From Hydrolagus affinis (taxonomy: Eukaryota): a DNA stretch of 64,000 nt. The position numbers and the translations under genes were made by a program. Location: positions 1 through 64,000 of the forward strand of contig JAAILG010001175.1 of NCBI GenBank assembly GCA_012026655.1, in the 5' to 3' direction. Positions within the stretch are counted from its first letter, which is position 1. Every line of letters begins with the position of its first letter. Below are positions 1-13,857 of this stretch, piece by piece. The notes under the pieces were generated by a model that saw only the letters and a program-made list of their open reading frames with translations, was not told where the DNA came from and did no database searches.

Positions 1-223
1 GGGAACTGAGAATTTGGGGTGATGGCAAATCATGATAGGGTGATGGCATTATGTATGGTGTGAATGTGAAATCCATACCATACACAATGGGGAAAGGAAT
101 AGTGGGGTACAGAACATGTCTATATGTTCAAGTTAGCTGGTCAATTGTTAACATTGTCATTGAACAGTGCAGGCTCATGGGCTTATAACTTTTCTGAACG
201 TTTTTTACTGATTGTCTTATTTG

Positions 224-545
224 AAGCGCTCTGAGACGCTGTCTTGCATGGAGGGTGCTATATAAATCGAAGTTGTTGTTTGTTTTTTTGAAACAAAAAC
301 AAAATTGCATTTGTATAGTGACTTTCACATCAGGAGGATGTCTCAAGACGCTGGACAATCAGTGTTTTGGACCAGAGCTGGGGGTCGTGAACAGGGAGGG
401 TGGTGGGCAGGGGGGAGAAGGAGGGTGACCAAAGGCACAGACAAAGAGGAGGTTCTTGAGACAAGTCTTGAAGGAGGCAAGGGAGGGGGCGAAGTGGAGG
501 GACTGGCAGATGGAGTTCCAGAGAGTGGAGACAGAGTGGCAGAAT
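224..545. mobile_element. Two L2 3' ends tail-to-tail (+ at 224-285, - at 298-545)
   Basis: GCGCTCTGAGAC...GGGTGCTATATAAATCGAAG(TTG)n, followed by an inverted copy homologous to 39165-39370. Confidence 0.7.
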
Positions 546-3500
546 GCCCATCACTTTCCTCTTTCCCTTCAGGGTGTTGAGATTGAATTGGCTTTGCCTT
601 GCGACGTTCAAATGCATCTTCCTGAATAGATTTCCAAAAACCACTGCAAAAGCTAGTTTATCATGGCCTTCTCCTCTTCTCTTCCAACCCTCCCCCACCC
701 TCCAACACTCTCTCGACACTTCTGGGGGAATGTTTTCCACAAAATCTCCCTGAACTCCAAAGGCAATCAAACAAAAGAAAAGGTGGAATATTTCTATCTA
801 CACAAACACAGAAAACATCCTCTAGCCTTGGCAGTACAGAAATCTGTGTGTCTCATTGAGTGTTTGCTGACTTTAGACTGTACCCCTTCTTGAATCTAGC
901 CGTCAATGATGTTCTCAACCGCATACTTGAGACAAGATTTGTATTGTAAACTAAGCAAGAATGGAGAGCATTGCCTGGAATGCGATTATCCAAACACATC
1001 TTGTTTGTAAGATGCTGGAGTCTCGCTGCTGTTAATATATCTGCTTCGTAAATACCCAACTGATTATCAATGGGATAATGATAATTCTTGCATTTGACAT
1101 AGCGCCTTATCACGTTGTCAAGAGATCTCAAAGCACTTCAATGGATTTACTGTAAAGTGGAGAGATGGAGTGTCTTTTGAAGACAAACGGAGCAGGTAAT
1201 TTGTGCACAGAGTAACTGATTTTATTTTAAGGATTGTTGGCCAGGATGCCAGGAAAAATTCCCTTCATGAAGACGACTGACTTGTTCCTCTTGATTACTG
1301 TATTGTGGTGTATGGAAATTCCAAAGTATTTTTCTCCCTTTTTTTTTAGAAGATCCAGTTAATTGGGGGGTCGGGTGGGGCGAGAGAACACAGATGTGCA
1401 TGCAATCAGAGCCACAGCTTGTTGGTGTAAGAATCAAAAGTGTGATCCTTGGCAGTTTATGTTTGTAAACTGCTTGAAATTCTAATCTGTTTGTTAGGAA
1501 GAGGAGGAGAGGCTGTGTGAAAGTTCGACAGACAAACCCATCACCATGCTTAAGAGTAACCAAACCAAGCATTATACCTATACGTAACAATTTCCATTTC
1601 CATAACAACAACTATATTTCATTTATATATCACCCCTCACACGGGTAGCGTCTCTGAGCATTTGACAGTGGCTGAGCCTAATGCCGAGCCAGGGGGTGGA
1701 TATTGTCCATAAGCAGGGTTGAAAGGGAAGGTCTTCAGGCATGACCTGAAGATGGGTTGGGGGAGACTTTGGATAATTTAGAATGCAACATGCACTCTCT
1801 CCCAGGAGAGACACACCCTACTTGGTTAATCCCAGAGGGTATTGGGTGCAGGTTGGCAAAAGCCAATTGGCCTTAAAGGACCCCAGAATGTGTTTTGGGA
1901 GCACTGCTGAAGTTTAACCAGCAAAAACCTTGTAGCTTTCTTTGGGGAAAACTGTCTGGCAAGTTTCCCATTGATTGTCTGACCTAGACAACTCAATCTA
2001 TTAAGGCTTTGGATTGCTGTGTTAACAACAGTGCAAGTGGGAAGAATCACTGATCCCAATGGAAAACACAAGTGAACATCAACAAATTCTTTGGGTTTTC
2101 TTTGAAGAAAATTTCCATGTTGCTAAAAAAAAACTATTTATGGAAACGATGACTTTTGCGTTTGTTCCTATAAATCAGATTTCTGGAAATGTGATCAGGA
2201 TTGGACATAGGTAGAGAATGTAATTTGTTTGAAATTTGGTCTTCACCCACCCCCTTTACTACCCATCTGGTTGTGTTACAGAGAGATGGATGGCATTGCT
2301 TCATTTTTTTGTCAGGAGTTCACCGTGTGCCTTTTGCTGGCCTACAAACATACAGTCACACCAGTGAATCCTGTGAAACGCTTTGAGATATCTTCCTGAC
2401 ATGAAAGTTGCTACATCAAATGTAAGTATTTTATTGTTATGACATTTACAATGAGACCTTTGAGGGCCCATGGTTTCAGTTGTATGTCTGGATGAGGAAC
2501 CCTAAGAACATAACAATTGTTTCCCAACTTATACTGTATCCTGAGATATTATTTCCTAAGAGAAGTCTATTAAATTTTTTTTTGAAATAAATTTTCTGCT
2601 TCCACTATCTCCCTAAGAACCCTGTTCCATATGCTTATTACTCACTCACTGAAGTAGTGTTTTTACACATTTATTTAGAATTTACCCCCCTTCAGTGGCA
2701 GGCTATGTTCTCTGGTTCTACTGTTCAGTAGAACATATCAGAATGATCGCATTAGGGTCGGAGATGTACCATTGATGCTTATTCTGCTTGTGTGGCATAG
2801 AACGACCTTATAGGAAATCTCACCAGAGCCACTGGATTTGATTTTAAAACTTAACGCAGTGTGCAAAAATGCCGGAGGGAGAGTAAAACCAATTTTCAGT
2901 CTGAAATGAGCTCTTGTGGTATCTGGGAAATCTGTGCCAAATTCATGCCTCAGAGTTATGAGCTCTATGTTTGATTGGTTTGGAGATACAGTGGGTGGGG
3001 TAGAGACGGGGGGAAACCTGAATTTCACACAAGGTATCTTGATTTTGAAAGCCTGTTTGCACACAACAGCTGCTGTTTGCTGTGACTGAGCTTTAAACTT
3101 TTGAATTTGGCTGAGTTGTTCGTACTCTTGTTTGGGGATCTGAAGGTTATGGGCTTTGTCCCTATGTTGGGACTTGAGCAATTAGTCTTGGCTGATAGTC
3201 TAACACAGTCATAGAGACTTGCTCAGTTGCCAGAAGTGACTTTCTTTGGCTTCAGATATAAAACTGGGATGCCTTCTGCCTTTTTGAGTGGATGTTGAAG
3301 AACCTGTAGCTTGATTCAAAAAGAGAAGAGAGCTTCTCACAATGTCCTGATCAGTAATATTTCATATATTTGTTGGCGATCCTTCTAATAGTGTCCATGG
3401 ATTCAGAATAACGTTGGGCAAACGTATGACTCCCAAATTCACTGCCCAAATGTCCTGTGTGTCTGAACGGATTGCAATACAAAAATGTTCCCCTTTTAGC

Positions 3501-3605
3501 GGAGCCTGAGATTGAAATGTATTAAAATAAATTGACCAATAGCCCAAAGTTAAATTCCCTAGGTATTACTATTATTGAAGTTAAATAACTAGGGAATTTA
3601 ACTTT

Positions 3606-3894
3606 AATAATAATAGTAATAATAATCCTTGCATTTGATAAAGTGCTTTTCATGTCTTCTAGATGTCTCAAAGTGTATATTTGTGGGTGAAACATGGCAG
3701 CCAATTGCGCACAGCATTGTCCCACAAACATTCATGGGTTGACGTGACCAATTTATTTGTGTGTTTTTTTCTTGAAGGATTATTATCAAGTGCGTGGAGT
3801 AAGGAAACTTGTTCAAGGTTTCTCCCTTCCTGGAATCGAACCGAGATCCCTCGCTTGTAAGGCGAGTGCTCTAATCACTGAGCTAAAGGACTCC
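3606..3894 (-). mobile_element. tRNA-derived SINE family A, short form, near full length
   Basis: Minus-strand head GGAGTCCTTTAGCTCAGTGATTAGAGCACTCGCC with B box GGTTCGATTCC, Deu-like body and AAATGCAAGG(ATT)n tail. Confidence 0.88.
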
Positions 3895-3902
3895 ACTCCA
3901 CT

Positions 3903-4165
3903 AACAGTTTTATCACTCCACATGCCTGTTTACCTAACAGCAAGTTGGTTGTTGGTTGATTGCTAAGGGTAATAATCTCTTCACTTAAAAAAAAGTGGTC
4001 TCTCAATCCACAACATTTATGGGACACTGCTGTGCACAACTGCCTGCCGATTTAGCCCACAAAATATCCGGTCAATTCACTTTACAGTAGATACTGTGAA
4101 GCGCTTTACGACATCTCAACAACATAATAAGGCGCCATATCAAATGCAAGGATGATGATTACAGT
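3903..4165 (+). mobile_element. SINE family A, long form, 5'-truncated, divergent from the copy at 3606-3894
   Basis: CTCCACATGCCTGTTTACCTAACAGCAAG core segment, Deu-like body and CAAATGCAAGGATGATGATT tail. Confidence 0.75.
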
Positions 4166-6096
4166 ATTATTATTTATCTGCTGGTGAGCCAGCAGTTGCT
4201 TGTGCTTGCGAGTGAAATGTCTGAGTACATTCATCTGCAGAGACAAGCCCCGGCCAGGGAGACAGCATTTTTTCCGCAGAGGTCAAATTGATCACTTGGT
4301 AAGCGCTCTGCCTGATTACTCATCTAGAGCAGTGGTAGTTTTGTTTCAATCCGCAGCAATTCCCATGGATATGCTAAACACTCTTTCAAATGCTGCTGCT
4401 GTTCCATCGTGCTGGAGCCTGGACTGCGTGGAGCCAGCGTGCTGCCTGAGAGCGATTGGGACTCTGGCCAGAGCTGGAGAGGGGGATTGGTGTGGGGAGG
4501 GGAGGGGAGGTTGGGAGGGTAATGTAAGGTTAGTGACCTTCATTTGATGGCTGGAAGGACGAGTGGGGAATTCTGCTGCTGTGGAGGAAGCCGAGCTGAG
4601 GCTCTTGATGTGCTGTGGTGACAAGGATTGGATATATTTTCTCTTTCTCTCTCCCTTTTTCTCTTAAAGAACAAATTTTGGCAGATGCTACACACTTCAA
4701 ATGTGACCTCGTGCAGCGTTAGACTGCCGGCTGGGAATGATTACTGAGCTCCCCTCATGCCAGCTATCTGTTCTGTTTGTGGTAATGTTAAAACGCCTGC
4801 TTCGGAGTCTATGCCAGTCACCTCCCCGGCCTCCTCTGTGTGGCCCAAATGCATTGTTTACAAGGTCTGCTTCCTCCTCCTGAGTATTCCCCTTTGGTCT
4901 TTGCCCACATGATTGTTCCATGCACCTTGAATACCTTAAGAGGATAGCACTGACTACACCAATGGGAGATGCTTGCGCATCACATAGAATCAAAGAATCT
5001 TACAACACAGATGGAGTCCATCGTGCCTGTGCCGGCTCTGAAAAATCTATAGGAAGTAGGCCATTCAGCCCTTTGAGCCTGTTAGATCTGTACTAATTTA
5101 TCCAACTATTCCCACTCCCTCGCTCTTACCCCATACCCTACACATATTTCCTTTGCAAGTACACAACAAATTTCCTTTTGAAAGCCTGTATCGAATTTGC
5201 TTCCAAGAACGCATCACCTACCCAACCCCCATCTACTCCTTTCTCACAAACTTTTCTCCTATGCCCCCCACCCCCGCCCCCACACTACCACCATCGTGAG
5301 ATCCTCTGGGCTGTGTGCACACAGATCACCTGCCAACTCAGAAGCCGGCTGTTTTTCACTCAGTTTCAGAGAGAGATTGAATCCATGCACCGCTTCAAAA
5401 AGAATCTGTCTTGTAATCATGGAACATTCCATTTTTTAACCCTTTCTCCCCCAGGAGAAACAGCGTTAGCTTTGCGATATTGGATATATTTACATTTTTG
5501 GAGCACCTTTCGCATTGGACGATGTCCCAGACGTTGCTTGGTCTAGGGGTTATACCTTTATATCTGCATATGTGCATATGCGTGCCATGGCATGTCATTT
5601 ATACTATTGTCATTACCTGTGTGAGTGTGTCTCTGTGACAGTGTGCATTTTTGTGACGTTGGAGAGTTATGCAAGGATACAGACAAGTCACGTTGGTGCA
5701 GTATGATGTATGTATGTGTGTGTTTGTAAGGAACTTGCTATTCTATGAATTCATTTACAGCTTCCAAGTAAGCAATCTCCCAAGCTGTCCACTGAGCTAG
5801 CAGTGAGGAGTAAGAACAATGCATTTCCGTCAGAGGCTGTTTGATCAGTGGGTCTGCTGCTTGTGAAATGGTGCTTAATCAGCGGTATCATTACACTTTG
5901 CAGTGAAAACAAAACATTCCCTCGGGATCTGCAGGAGGTGAACAGGCTTTTTGTAAATGGATTTAGATTTTAAGAGAAAGCATCTTCAAGACAGAGTTGG
6001 AGATGCGCAATGATGGGCTGGGGTTAATTTACATTATTTCATATTCCTTACACACTCATCTGAAGGTGGTACCATCCTTCAGACGAATGTGTGTGC

Positions 6097-6445
6097 CAGC
6101 CTAACTCAGGTGTAGGACTCTCGCCTCTGAGTCAGAAGGTTGTAGGTTCAAGTCTCACATTGGGACTTGAATTTACATAGTCTAAACTGACATCTCTATT
6201 GCAGTGCTGGGGGTGCATTGCATTGTTGGAGGTGTCGTCCTTCGGATGAGATTTTAAACCAAGGTCCCGTCTGACTGTTTAGGTGGACATTAACGATGCT
6301 GCCGTGACACTATTCAAAAACAGAAGGGAGTTTCTTCGAACATCTCAACCAACAATTCCCCCCAAATAAAACAATGTGTCATTTGTTTAATGTGAAACAC
6401 TTTGGGACATCCATGTGAAAGACACTATACCAAGTGCAAGGATTA
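6097..6445 (+). mobile_element. DeuSINE-type SINE family B (SacSINE1/AmnSINE1-like)
   Basis: CTCTCGCCTCTGAGTCAGAAGGTTGTAGGTTCAAGTC head, then Deu-like TGCATTGTTGGAGGTGTCGTCCTTCGGATGAGATTTTAAACC...GGTGGAC...CACTATTCAAAA. Named from recalled consensus. Confidence 0.75.
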
Positions 6446-7999
6446 AACATTAAACCAAGGTCTTATCTATCTGTTTGTGGGGACATTAAAGAAACCGCTA
6501 TGTGCAAAATGGCTGCCACATTTGCCTACAAATATAGTCACTACGTGCGGCTTTGTGAAGCGCTTTGAGATGTTTTGACATAAGATGCTCTATCAACTGT
6601 GTTATTATTATCCCAATTTGAAAACACAAGTGCTGAAGTGTAGTGTATTTTGTATTCCAGTCATTCATAATGCAGATAGAGGTGGCTTTGCCCAATCTCT
6701 TGACCTGTGGGGATAGTTTTGCAACACTGAACTGTAACTATAATCTCATTGTCGTCACTCCCTGGAGCATAATAAAGAAAATTTTAAATTCCATCTTTCG
6801 AACGAAGTCGGCAATGTGAGAGTCAATAAAAGTTTTTTTTATTTAAATATATTAAAAATTGCTTAGGTTAGTGACTATTCGAGGTCTTTAATATGCATCG
6901 AGCCCAGGAGCTGCAGAACAATTCCTTTTTATTTCAGGAGGCTTGAATATTAGAGTGACCGTGTAATAAGATTATGCTGCACAATGGGTTCCCCTCCAGT
7001 ACCTTGTTGCTGTGGCAGGTTTATTGATCATTGGGGAAATTGCTTGCTCTGCATCTCAGTGCTGCTCCGAAAACTGTGCAGCCTGAAGTTCTTGATATAA
7101 TTGTGTCTGACACAGGGAGTACTTGTTAATTGCTAATTGTAGGTGGATGGCTGGCTGGGCTGGCACGTGGGTTCTTGGTTCAAGGAACACTGCAAATCAA
7201 ATGCTCAACATTGTTGGGTTTAGGATAAAGTAGAAATACCAAATGCTTCTTGGGCTTCAATAATAATGATGAAAATCCTTGCATTAGATATACCGCCTTA
7301 TAATTTCGTTGAAACATCTCAAAGAGCTTCACAGAATATACTGTAATACAGTAATAGTAATAATCCTTGCATTTGATATAGTGCTTTTCATGTTTTCTGG
7401 ATGTCTCAAAGTGCTTCACAGAATATACTGTAAAGTGAATTGACTGTATAGTTTAGGTGAAACCTGGCAGCCAATTGTGCACAGAAGTGTGTCCCACAAA
7501 CAGTTGTGGATTGAAATAACCAATTTGTTATCAGTAGAATTTTTTTTAAAAAGGAAAATATTTTTATTTTTTCGTCTGCTTGGAGGGCTTGCCCCTTTCG
7601 GTCTGTGCATTGCACATGTGCTCACCAGTCACCAAAGTTTTGGTCTCCCAAAGCAGAAAGTTGTCAGGCCAGAAAGCTTCTCTTCCCCTCCAACTCCCTG
7701 CCCTCCAACCCTCTCAGAATAATTACTGTCAGTCTCCTCTTCGTGAAATCCTCACATATTGAATCATTTTGTGGCACTAACTTGCTCGAGAGGAAAGGTG
7801 CAGAGGTTAATGGACTTTAAACAATGGGGGAGTTGGAGAGTCTGTCGAGATTTACTTTTATCTTTTTATGTTGAGAATTGACCAGATGTCGGGGCTCCCA
7901 ATGGCCTAGTGGGTAAAGGTATGAAGTCTCACAGTCCAGAGGTTGTTGCTTTCATACTTGGTCTGAGCTGAGAGCGAGTCTCAGCTGGGATAATGGTTG

Positions 8000-8350
8000 C
8001 ATAGAGTTACGTAGTCTGATACAACACTGAAACAGCCCAACTATTCCTGGTGTTTGTATCCCACCCTACTCCTTTGATTCAACTATCCTCCTAATCCTTT
8101 CTCCTCTACCCCTCTATTTCTTTCTTTCTCATGTATGCCATGAGTTCTCTCTTGAGGTTTTAAGTTTTCAACTTTTAATGCTTTTTAACGTTTTAAAAAA
8201 AATAGAATTCTTAAGTACATTGGTGTTCCCTGCTTCAACCACAGAATCTGGAAGTGAGCTCCATGTTCTCACCACCCTCTGCGTGAACAAATTCCTCCTA
8301 AACTCCCAATTAGATCTACTACTATTTAGCTTGTATTTCCAAACATCTTG
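8000..8350 (-). mobile_element. CR1 LINE 3' end
   Basis: RRNLFTQRVVRTWSSLPDSVVEAG is the canonical CR1 ORF2 C-terminal motif. Similar fragments at about 2500-2735, 4980-5200, 22020-22150 and 61680-61850. Confidence 0.82.
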
Positions 8351-11300
8351 CATTTAAGTCCTTGAGATTATAATAATAATGCTTGCATTTGATAATATAG
8401 CGCTTTTCACCAAGAAATTGCAAAAACACTACCTGACTCCAGCCCCTGGTTTAGGGAGGTGAGAAGCATTGAGCGGGGTTTAATCAGCCTTGTTTTTACT
8501 CCTGTGGGAGGGAACAAATTCAACCGGTTGTGGACTTGTGTTTCCAGGTGATCCTTAAATTCAGTCTGTTTCAAAGCCTCTGTTTTTCCTGTTGCTTTGT
8601 GAAAGTTCCAAAAAAAAACAAACAACAACTTCCAAATGATTGTCTTTAAGAATTGTAGAGAAAATTTGGTGCGCACTCTAAAATTCGTAAAATATGTTAT
8701 GTTTAGACCCAAATGGAATTTTTTTTCCCCCCTTCCCCCCCCACCCCTATCACCATTTCCAGCCCCAGTCATTATCCAGTGACCCTCTTCCTGGAGAGTG
8801 CATGTATCCAGATGTTGACTAAGCGTTAGCTGCGGAGGGCTGCATGGTTGAATAGCCAACATTCTGTGCCTAAACTCATGCATGAAGAAGGGCTCTGGCA
8901 TAGACCAGCACCTCAAGGAAGAAGAGAATTTTTAAAGAAACTACAAATTGAAATTGGCCCTGACATCGTAAAGACAAATGCTGTCTTGCCGAAGCACTCA
9001 TTCATTCACAGTTAAACTTGCCACAGGTTCAGGTCTGTTTGTGGCAGGGAAAACTGTTTCCAAATTTTAACTGTTTTTTGTATTTCATATATACAGTACA
9101 TATAATTGATATATCTATACACGACGACAACAACAACTTGCATTTATATAGTAGCCTTCATATGGGTAGCATGTGAGTGCTTAACACTGATGTAGTTTGA
9201 TGTTGATGTATTTTCTGTTTTTTACATGTGTGTGCATATATATATATATTATATGGAAAATCAATATGTGAAGCCAAATTCTTTCATAAGACCTCAAATG
9301 GTTCAGTACAATTAGCAAACAAAATGCACTGAACACAAAGGACGTGTGTTGTGCATTCATGCACTTCAGTTACCGAACAATGACCTTGTTCACGACTCGA
9401 AGAGAACGAACCCCCTGCGCTGGTAGGAAAATAGATGCCCCCTGATTGCACAACAGCCACCCAACCTCTCCAGGGACCTGTGACTCCAGCCCTGTGTAAT
9501 ATTAACCAGCCCCAGCTCCAGGCCAATACCAAATTCCAGTCACATTCTCCAACCCCTTTGCACAAACAGTATCTGCTTTATGTGTGCTTCTACAGGCCAT
9601 ATTTTTTTAAAAATTGAAAAAATAAATCTTCACGCAACATTGCCATCAATATTCTTCAGACTGCAAGAAACCAAAGAACCTATTTGACCCAATTGTCCTT
9701 TTTTATTTATATTACATCTATATAATATAGACATGTGTATAAAATAATCATAGTGAACTTTTCAGAAGGATGTTTTGGTGAGGAAAAATTAAACGGCAAG
9801 ACTGTTGATCAAAGGATGGAATGAAGTCTTGGTTTTTATTTCAGGAGGGGGGAAAAAAAAAGCTTTAAGCATGAGAGAGCAACTGCATAATAGAGCTTTT
9901 TTTTAATCAGCTAACAACTTGAAAGTAATCCAGCGTTGCGTTCCAATTTAAATTTTTTAAAGTTGCGAACAGTGAAAATATATACGCCTGGCTGTTTTTT
10001 TAGCGTTGGGTATTACTGTGAGATTGATGCTCACTTATGACTGGGCTGTGCACTCATTGGTTCCAGTATCTGACACTTTGAGTCCATCATCCCCCAATCC
10101 TCGTCAGGCTCCATTTGGTTTTCTATTTCACAGCAGATTCACTTTAATATCTTCATTCTAACTTTTAAATGCCTTCCCTGTCCTTGCATCACCTTATCTC
10201 TGTCTTCCCTGCAGTCTTAATTTTCCCCCTTCTCCTCCCTCCCATCCAACCGCCCACCTCGCCAGCATACACAGCCTCCATTCGAACTCTAATTACTTCA
10301 TGGAGTTCCCTCTACTCATTTTCTGAGTAGCATTTCAGTGTGTCCAGAATTGGATCATTTGATGAATTCAGTCTTAACCTTGAAACTTCTGTTTTTGTGT
10401 GGCTCTTAAAACAACTTGCAGAAAACAGGCTACAAAATTAATGACATATTTAAGAATTTTCCAAATTCTAGATTCTCTTTAACGTCACAAAACTAAAATA
10501 ATAATAATTTGGTATAGCACTTGACTTTGCCTTTAGGATGTCTCAAAGCGCTTCACAGAATTTGCTACAGTAGTGTGACTGTAATTTGTAGGTGTAAGCG
10601 GCAGCCAATTTGTGCACAACCATATCCCACAAACAACTGCAAAGCAAATAACTAATAATAAATCAAAATAGTGGAAATATAGATCCAGATGGGGTGGGTG
10701 GCCGTGTTTAGTTGCCAGAGCTATGAGTGAGTGTTACACTATACTGTATAGTGTTCTCCTCTTCCAGCTTAAGTCCAGCTTCTTGCTGCTCATGGCTCCG
10801 CCACTGAGTGGTACTTTGCTTAATATTTCAGGTGTTACAAGATCGCAGATCGAGTTGAAAAATTGTGTTGCTCTTCACTGTTTACAAAAGTGCCACATTT
10901 GATCTGTCCAATTGTTGTCATGTTATTTTTTTTTACAAAATATCTTCGAAGGTTATACCATAAAGGATGTCGCAAAGTGCATCACAGGATTTAATGTAGA
11001 GTGGCGGTGACTGTAATTGTGGGCAAAGGCAGCAGCTATTTTGCGCAGAGCAATGTCTGTTAAGCGAGTGACCAAATTTTATCTGAGGGATAAATGACAT
11101 AGATGCATCATATCATAAATAAATAAGTAAATAATAATTTGGTCACTCAATCCACCACTGCTTGTAGGACATTGCTGTGCTCAATTGGATGCTCCATTTC
11201 TATAATATTATTATTATTAGCATTATTATTATTAGTTTGTACACCCTGTGCCTCCGGAGTCAAAGGTATCACTTTCTATAGCGCAATAAGGCAGCATTTC

Positions 11301-13254
11301 CAAGTAAACTTTGCATGGAAGAACTCAGTCCTGGAATTGGGCCAAAAGTCCCTGTGAGGTTGTCTGTAGATTTAACAATATTAACTCTAGTATCTTATTG
11401 CTTAACCAAGTAGGATAATGTTTGTAGCCAGGAGAACGGTTCATGCCTGCGGCTTAACGCAACGGTCAAGTTCTGCTTGTGTGTATTTTTTCGACGTCAT
11501 TTTCTCCAATTCTTTGTGGCTTCAATTTGGTAGGAAAGGAATTTGCTGACAATACTGGATGTCTCTCTCTTTCCCTTTCTATTTTGATTTGTGTGTTCTC
11601 TCTCTCTCTCTTTCTTTTTCTGTTTGTCTCCCAAGGCCTCTGCTTAGCTGGAGGTTTTTTGCATTCCATTGCACGTAGTCACCTTGTTGCATTGGAATTG
11701 AGTTAAGAAAGTGGGATAATCAGAATGTGTATTTATTTTAGATAATGAAACCACTGACATTTGTGAAATGCTCTGATCGTGCTTTAGAGATAAACCCTGA
11801 AACTCTATTTAATAATTAAATTTATTTGCTTTGTTTGGAAACGTGGGATTATTGATTATTTGTCTTTGGTTACAAATGCCGATGAATTTAAAAATTTTAA
11901 ATCTTATAATAATCCTTGCATTTGATCTAGCAGTTTACAGAATATACAGTAAAATGAATCGACTGTGGGTGAAACATCAAAAATTTTTACTCTTTACAGT
12001 GGAGCATAATATTCGATAAAACGATCTGACTTTTTTTTGTTCATTCAGGTTGTATTATATCAAAGTAGGAGCTGTAGTTGTGTTAAAGGTCATGTAATAC
12101 CATGCAGTCTAATCTGCGATATTTCTTAATGGCTTGAAATTTGTAGGACAGGAATTTGGGACATGGATGGCAGCTGGAAGTGGATCACGCCAAACTACTC
12201 AGACATGATCTAAAACAGAGTGGAGTGAGTTCCTGTGGTTTGGTGGCAATCTTGGTGTGATTCCTGATTGAGGAATCCCTTTCACATTTGGCAACAAATT
12301 GGACTTCAATTCCGTTTGTTCGTTCATTTGTTGCGCCAACGTTTCAATTACAACAATCTGCAGGCCAGTCTCCGATCCAGCTTCAACGTATTGCCTGGTG
12401 AAGCTGTCTGTCCTGTGCCTTTGCGCGGAATGATTTTTTCCATTGCTAAGTAGGTAAATCTGAACCCTAAACCTTTCTGGAGCTGCAAGCGGGCAATGAC
12501 ATTCTTCCATCACTGAAAGGCTGGATCCACTGTAACAAAGTTGCTATTGGATCGTTAAAAACAAGGCACTCGCCTACTTATCACAGCACCTTCCCAGGTC
12601 CCCTCAGGGAACCGGGCATCTCACCATCTCTGACCCAGAAGATTTCATTTAGAAAGTGACATTCTCTTTGCTGATAGCAGCAAGCTCCTCTCATGATTCA
12701 AGTCCTGTCTAAATGATGAGCAGCTGTTGAATTGGTGGCACAGATAGAACTGGGCAGTGGGCAGGCATAACATGTGTTGTCTTTAGTCCTCAGAAGTCCA
12801 ACTCACTCTTGTCACAAGATGAACCTTAACATGTGTCAGCCTGGCAATCTCGTATCTGAATCAAACGCTTGTGGGTTCAAGTACCATGTCAGGACTTTAA
12901 TACAGTGCTGGGGTTCCACTGCATTTTCAGAGGTTGTATCCTTCAGATGAAACATTAATGAAGTAATTTATAACAATTCTTGCATTTAACACAGCACCTT
13001 GTCATGTCTTTGGTTCATCTCAAAGCGCTTCACAGGATTTTACTGTGAAGTGTACTAAGTACGTTTTGGGGCAAAACCAAATCCTGTCTGCATGTTCACG
13101 TAAATGCTGATGATGCCATGACACTGTTCAAAAAGAGAAAGCTAATTTGTCATGGGGGCCTATCCATCAATCCTTCAATTAAATTAATTATTCACTTCAT
13201 GGCTTTTGTGGTATGTTGCTGTGTGCAAATTGTGTACAAAATACATTGTTACAT

Positions 13255-13857
13255 AGATATAACAATACGACAAGCAAAAAGGTTGTTTGGCTGAACTAGT
13301 TTGTGCCATATTGGCGTTCCATGCTAACCTCCATCCCCGTTATTTCCCTCTCCTAAACCCCATCTATTCCCTTCTCCTTCATGTATGTATCAAGTTTCCT
13401 TTTAAATACGGTGAAGCTTTTTGCTTCAACCACAGCAGTGAATTCCATTTTCTCTCCACCACTCTGCATTAAATGTTCCTCCTGAACTCCCTTTTATATC
13501 TGCCGCTGGCTGTCTTATATTTAAATCCTCTCATTTTGGACTTGCCAACAAGTGGAAACAGCCGAGTAATATGTACCTTATGTTATAGAATCCTTTTGTA
13601 ATCTTAAACATCTCTTTTGGGTCTCCTCTCCAGAGAGAGTAACTCTAACCTATCCAAACTTTTGTGATACTGTAGTTGCATCCATTCATTCCTTGTAACT
13701 TCCTAATAAATCTAGCAGCACTCTCAATTACTACAATATCCATCCTGGCAACCAGAACTGCACAAAGTACTCAAAATGTGGTCTGTCCAAGCTTTTAGAT
13801 AAATATTACATAAATTCCCTACTTTACACTCTTTTCCTCTGGATATAAATCCAATAA
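13255..13857 (-). mobile_element. CR1-clade LINE 3' fragment
   Basis: The minus strand gives degenerate GFISRG...RPHFEYFVQFW (CR1 RPHLEYCVQFW), then the CR1 ORF2 end and 3' UTR. Confidence 0.8.

Noticed and set aside
330-770. 146-aa minus-strand ORF and overlapping plus ORFs
   Set aside because: Overlaps a degenerate L2 3' end; no coherent protein.
3820-3894. tRNA-like sequences with A and B boxes (also near 16167, 23350, 51580, 52930, 55680 and 58790)
   Set aside because: Each continues into the same SINE body and lacks a proper acceptor stem and T-run terminator; these are SINE heads, not tRNA genes.
7260-7510. Recurring AATAATAATCCTTGCATTTGATATAG motif considered as a CRISPR-like or regularly spaced array
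   Set aside because: Irregular spacing, both orientations and attached SINE bodies show these are retroposon tails; no cas-like ORFs are present.
8407-8916. Longest ORF in the window (169 aa)
   Set aside because: Runs through SINE relics and low-complexity tracts, with no domain signature or splice support.
12199-12513. Overlapping ORFs with an AG|GTAAAT donor-like site
   Set aside because: No recognisable protein similarity, and no partner exons identified.
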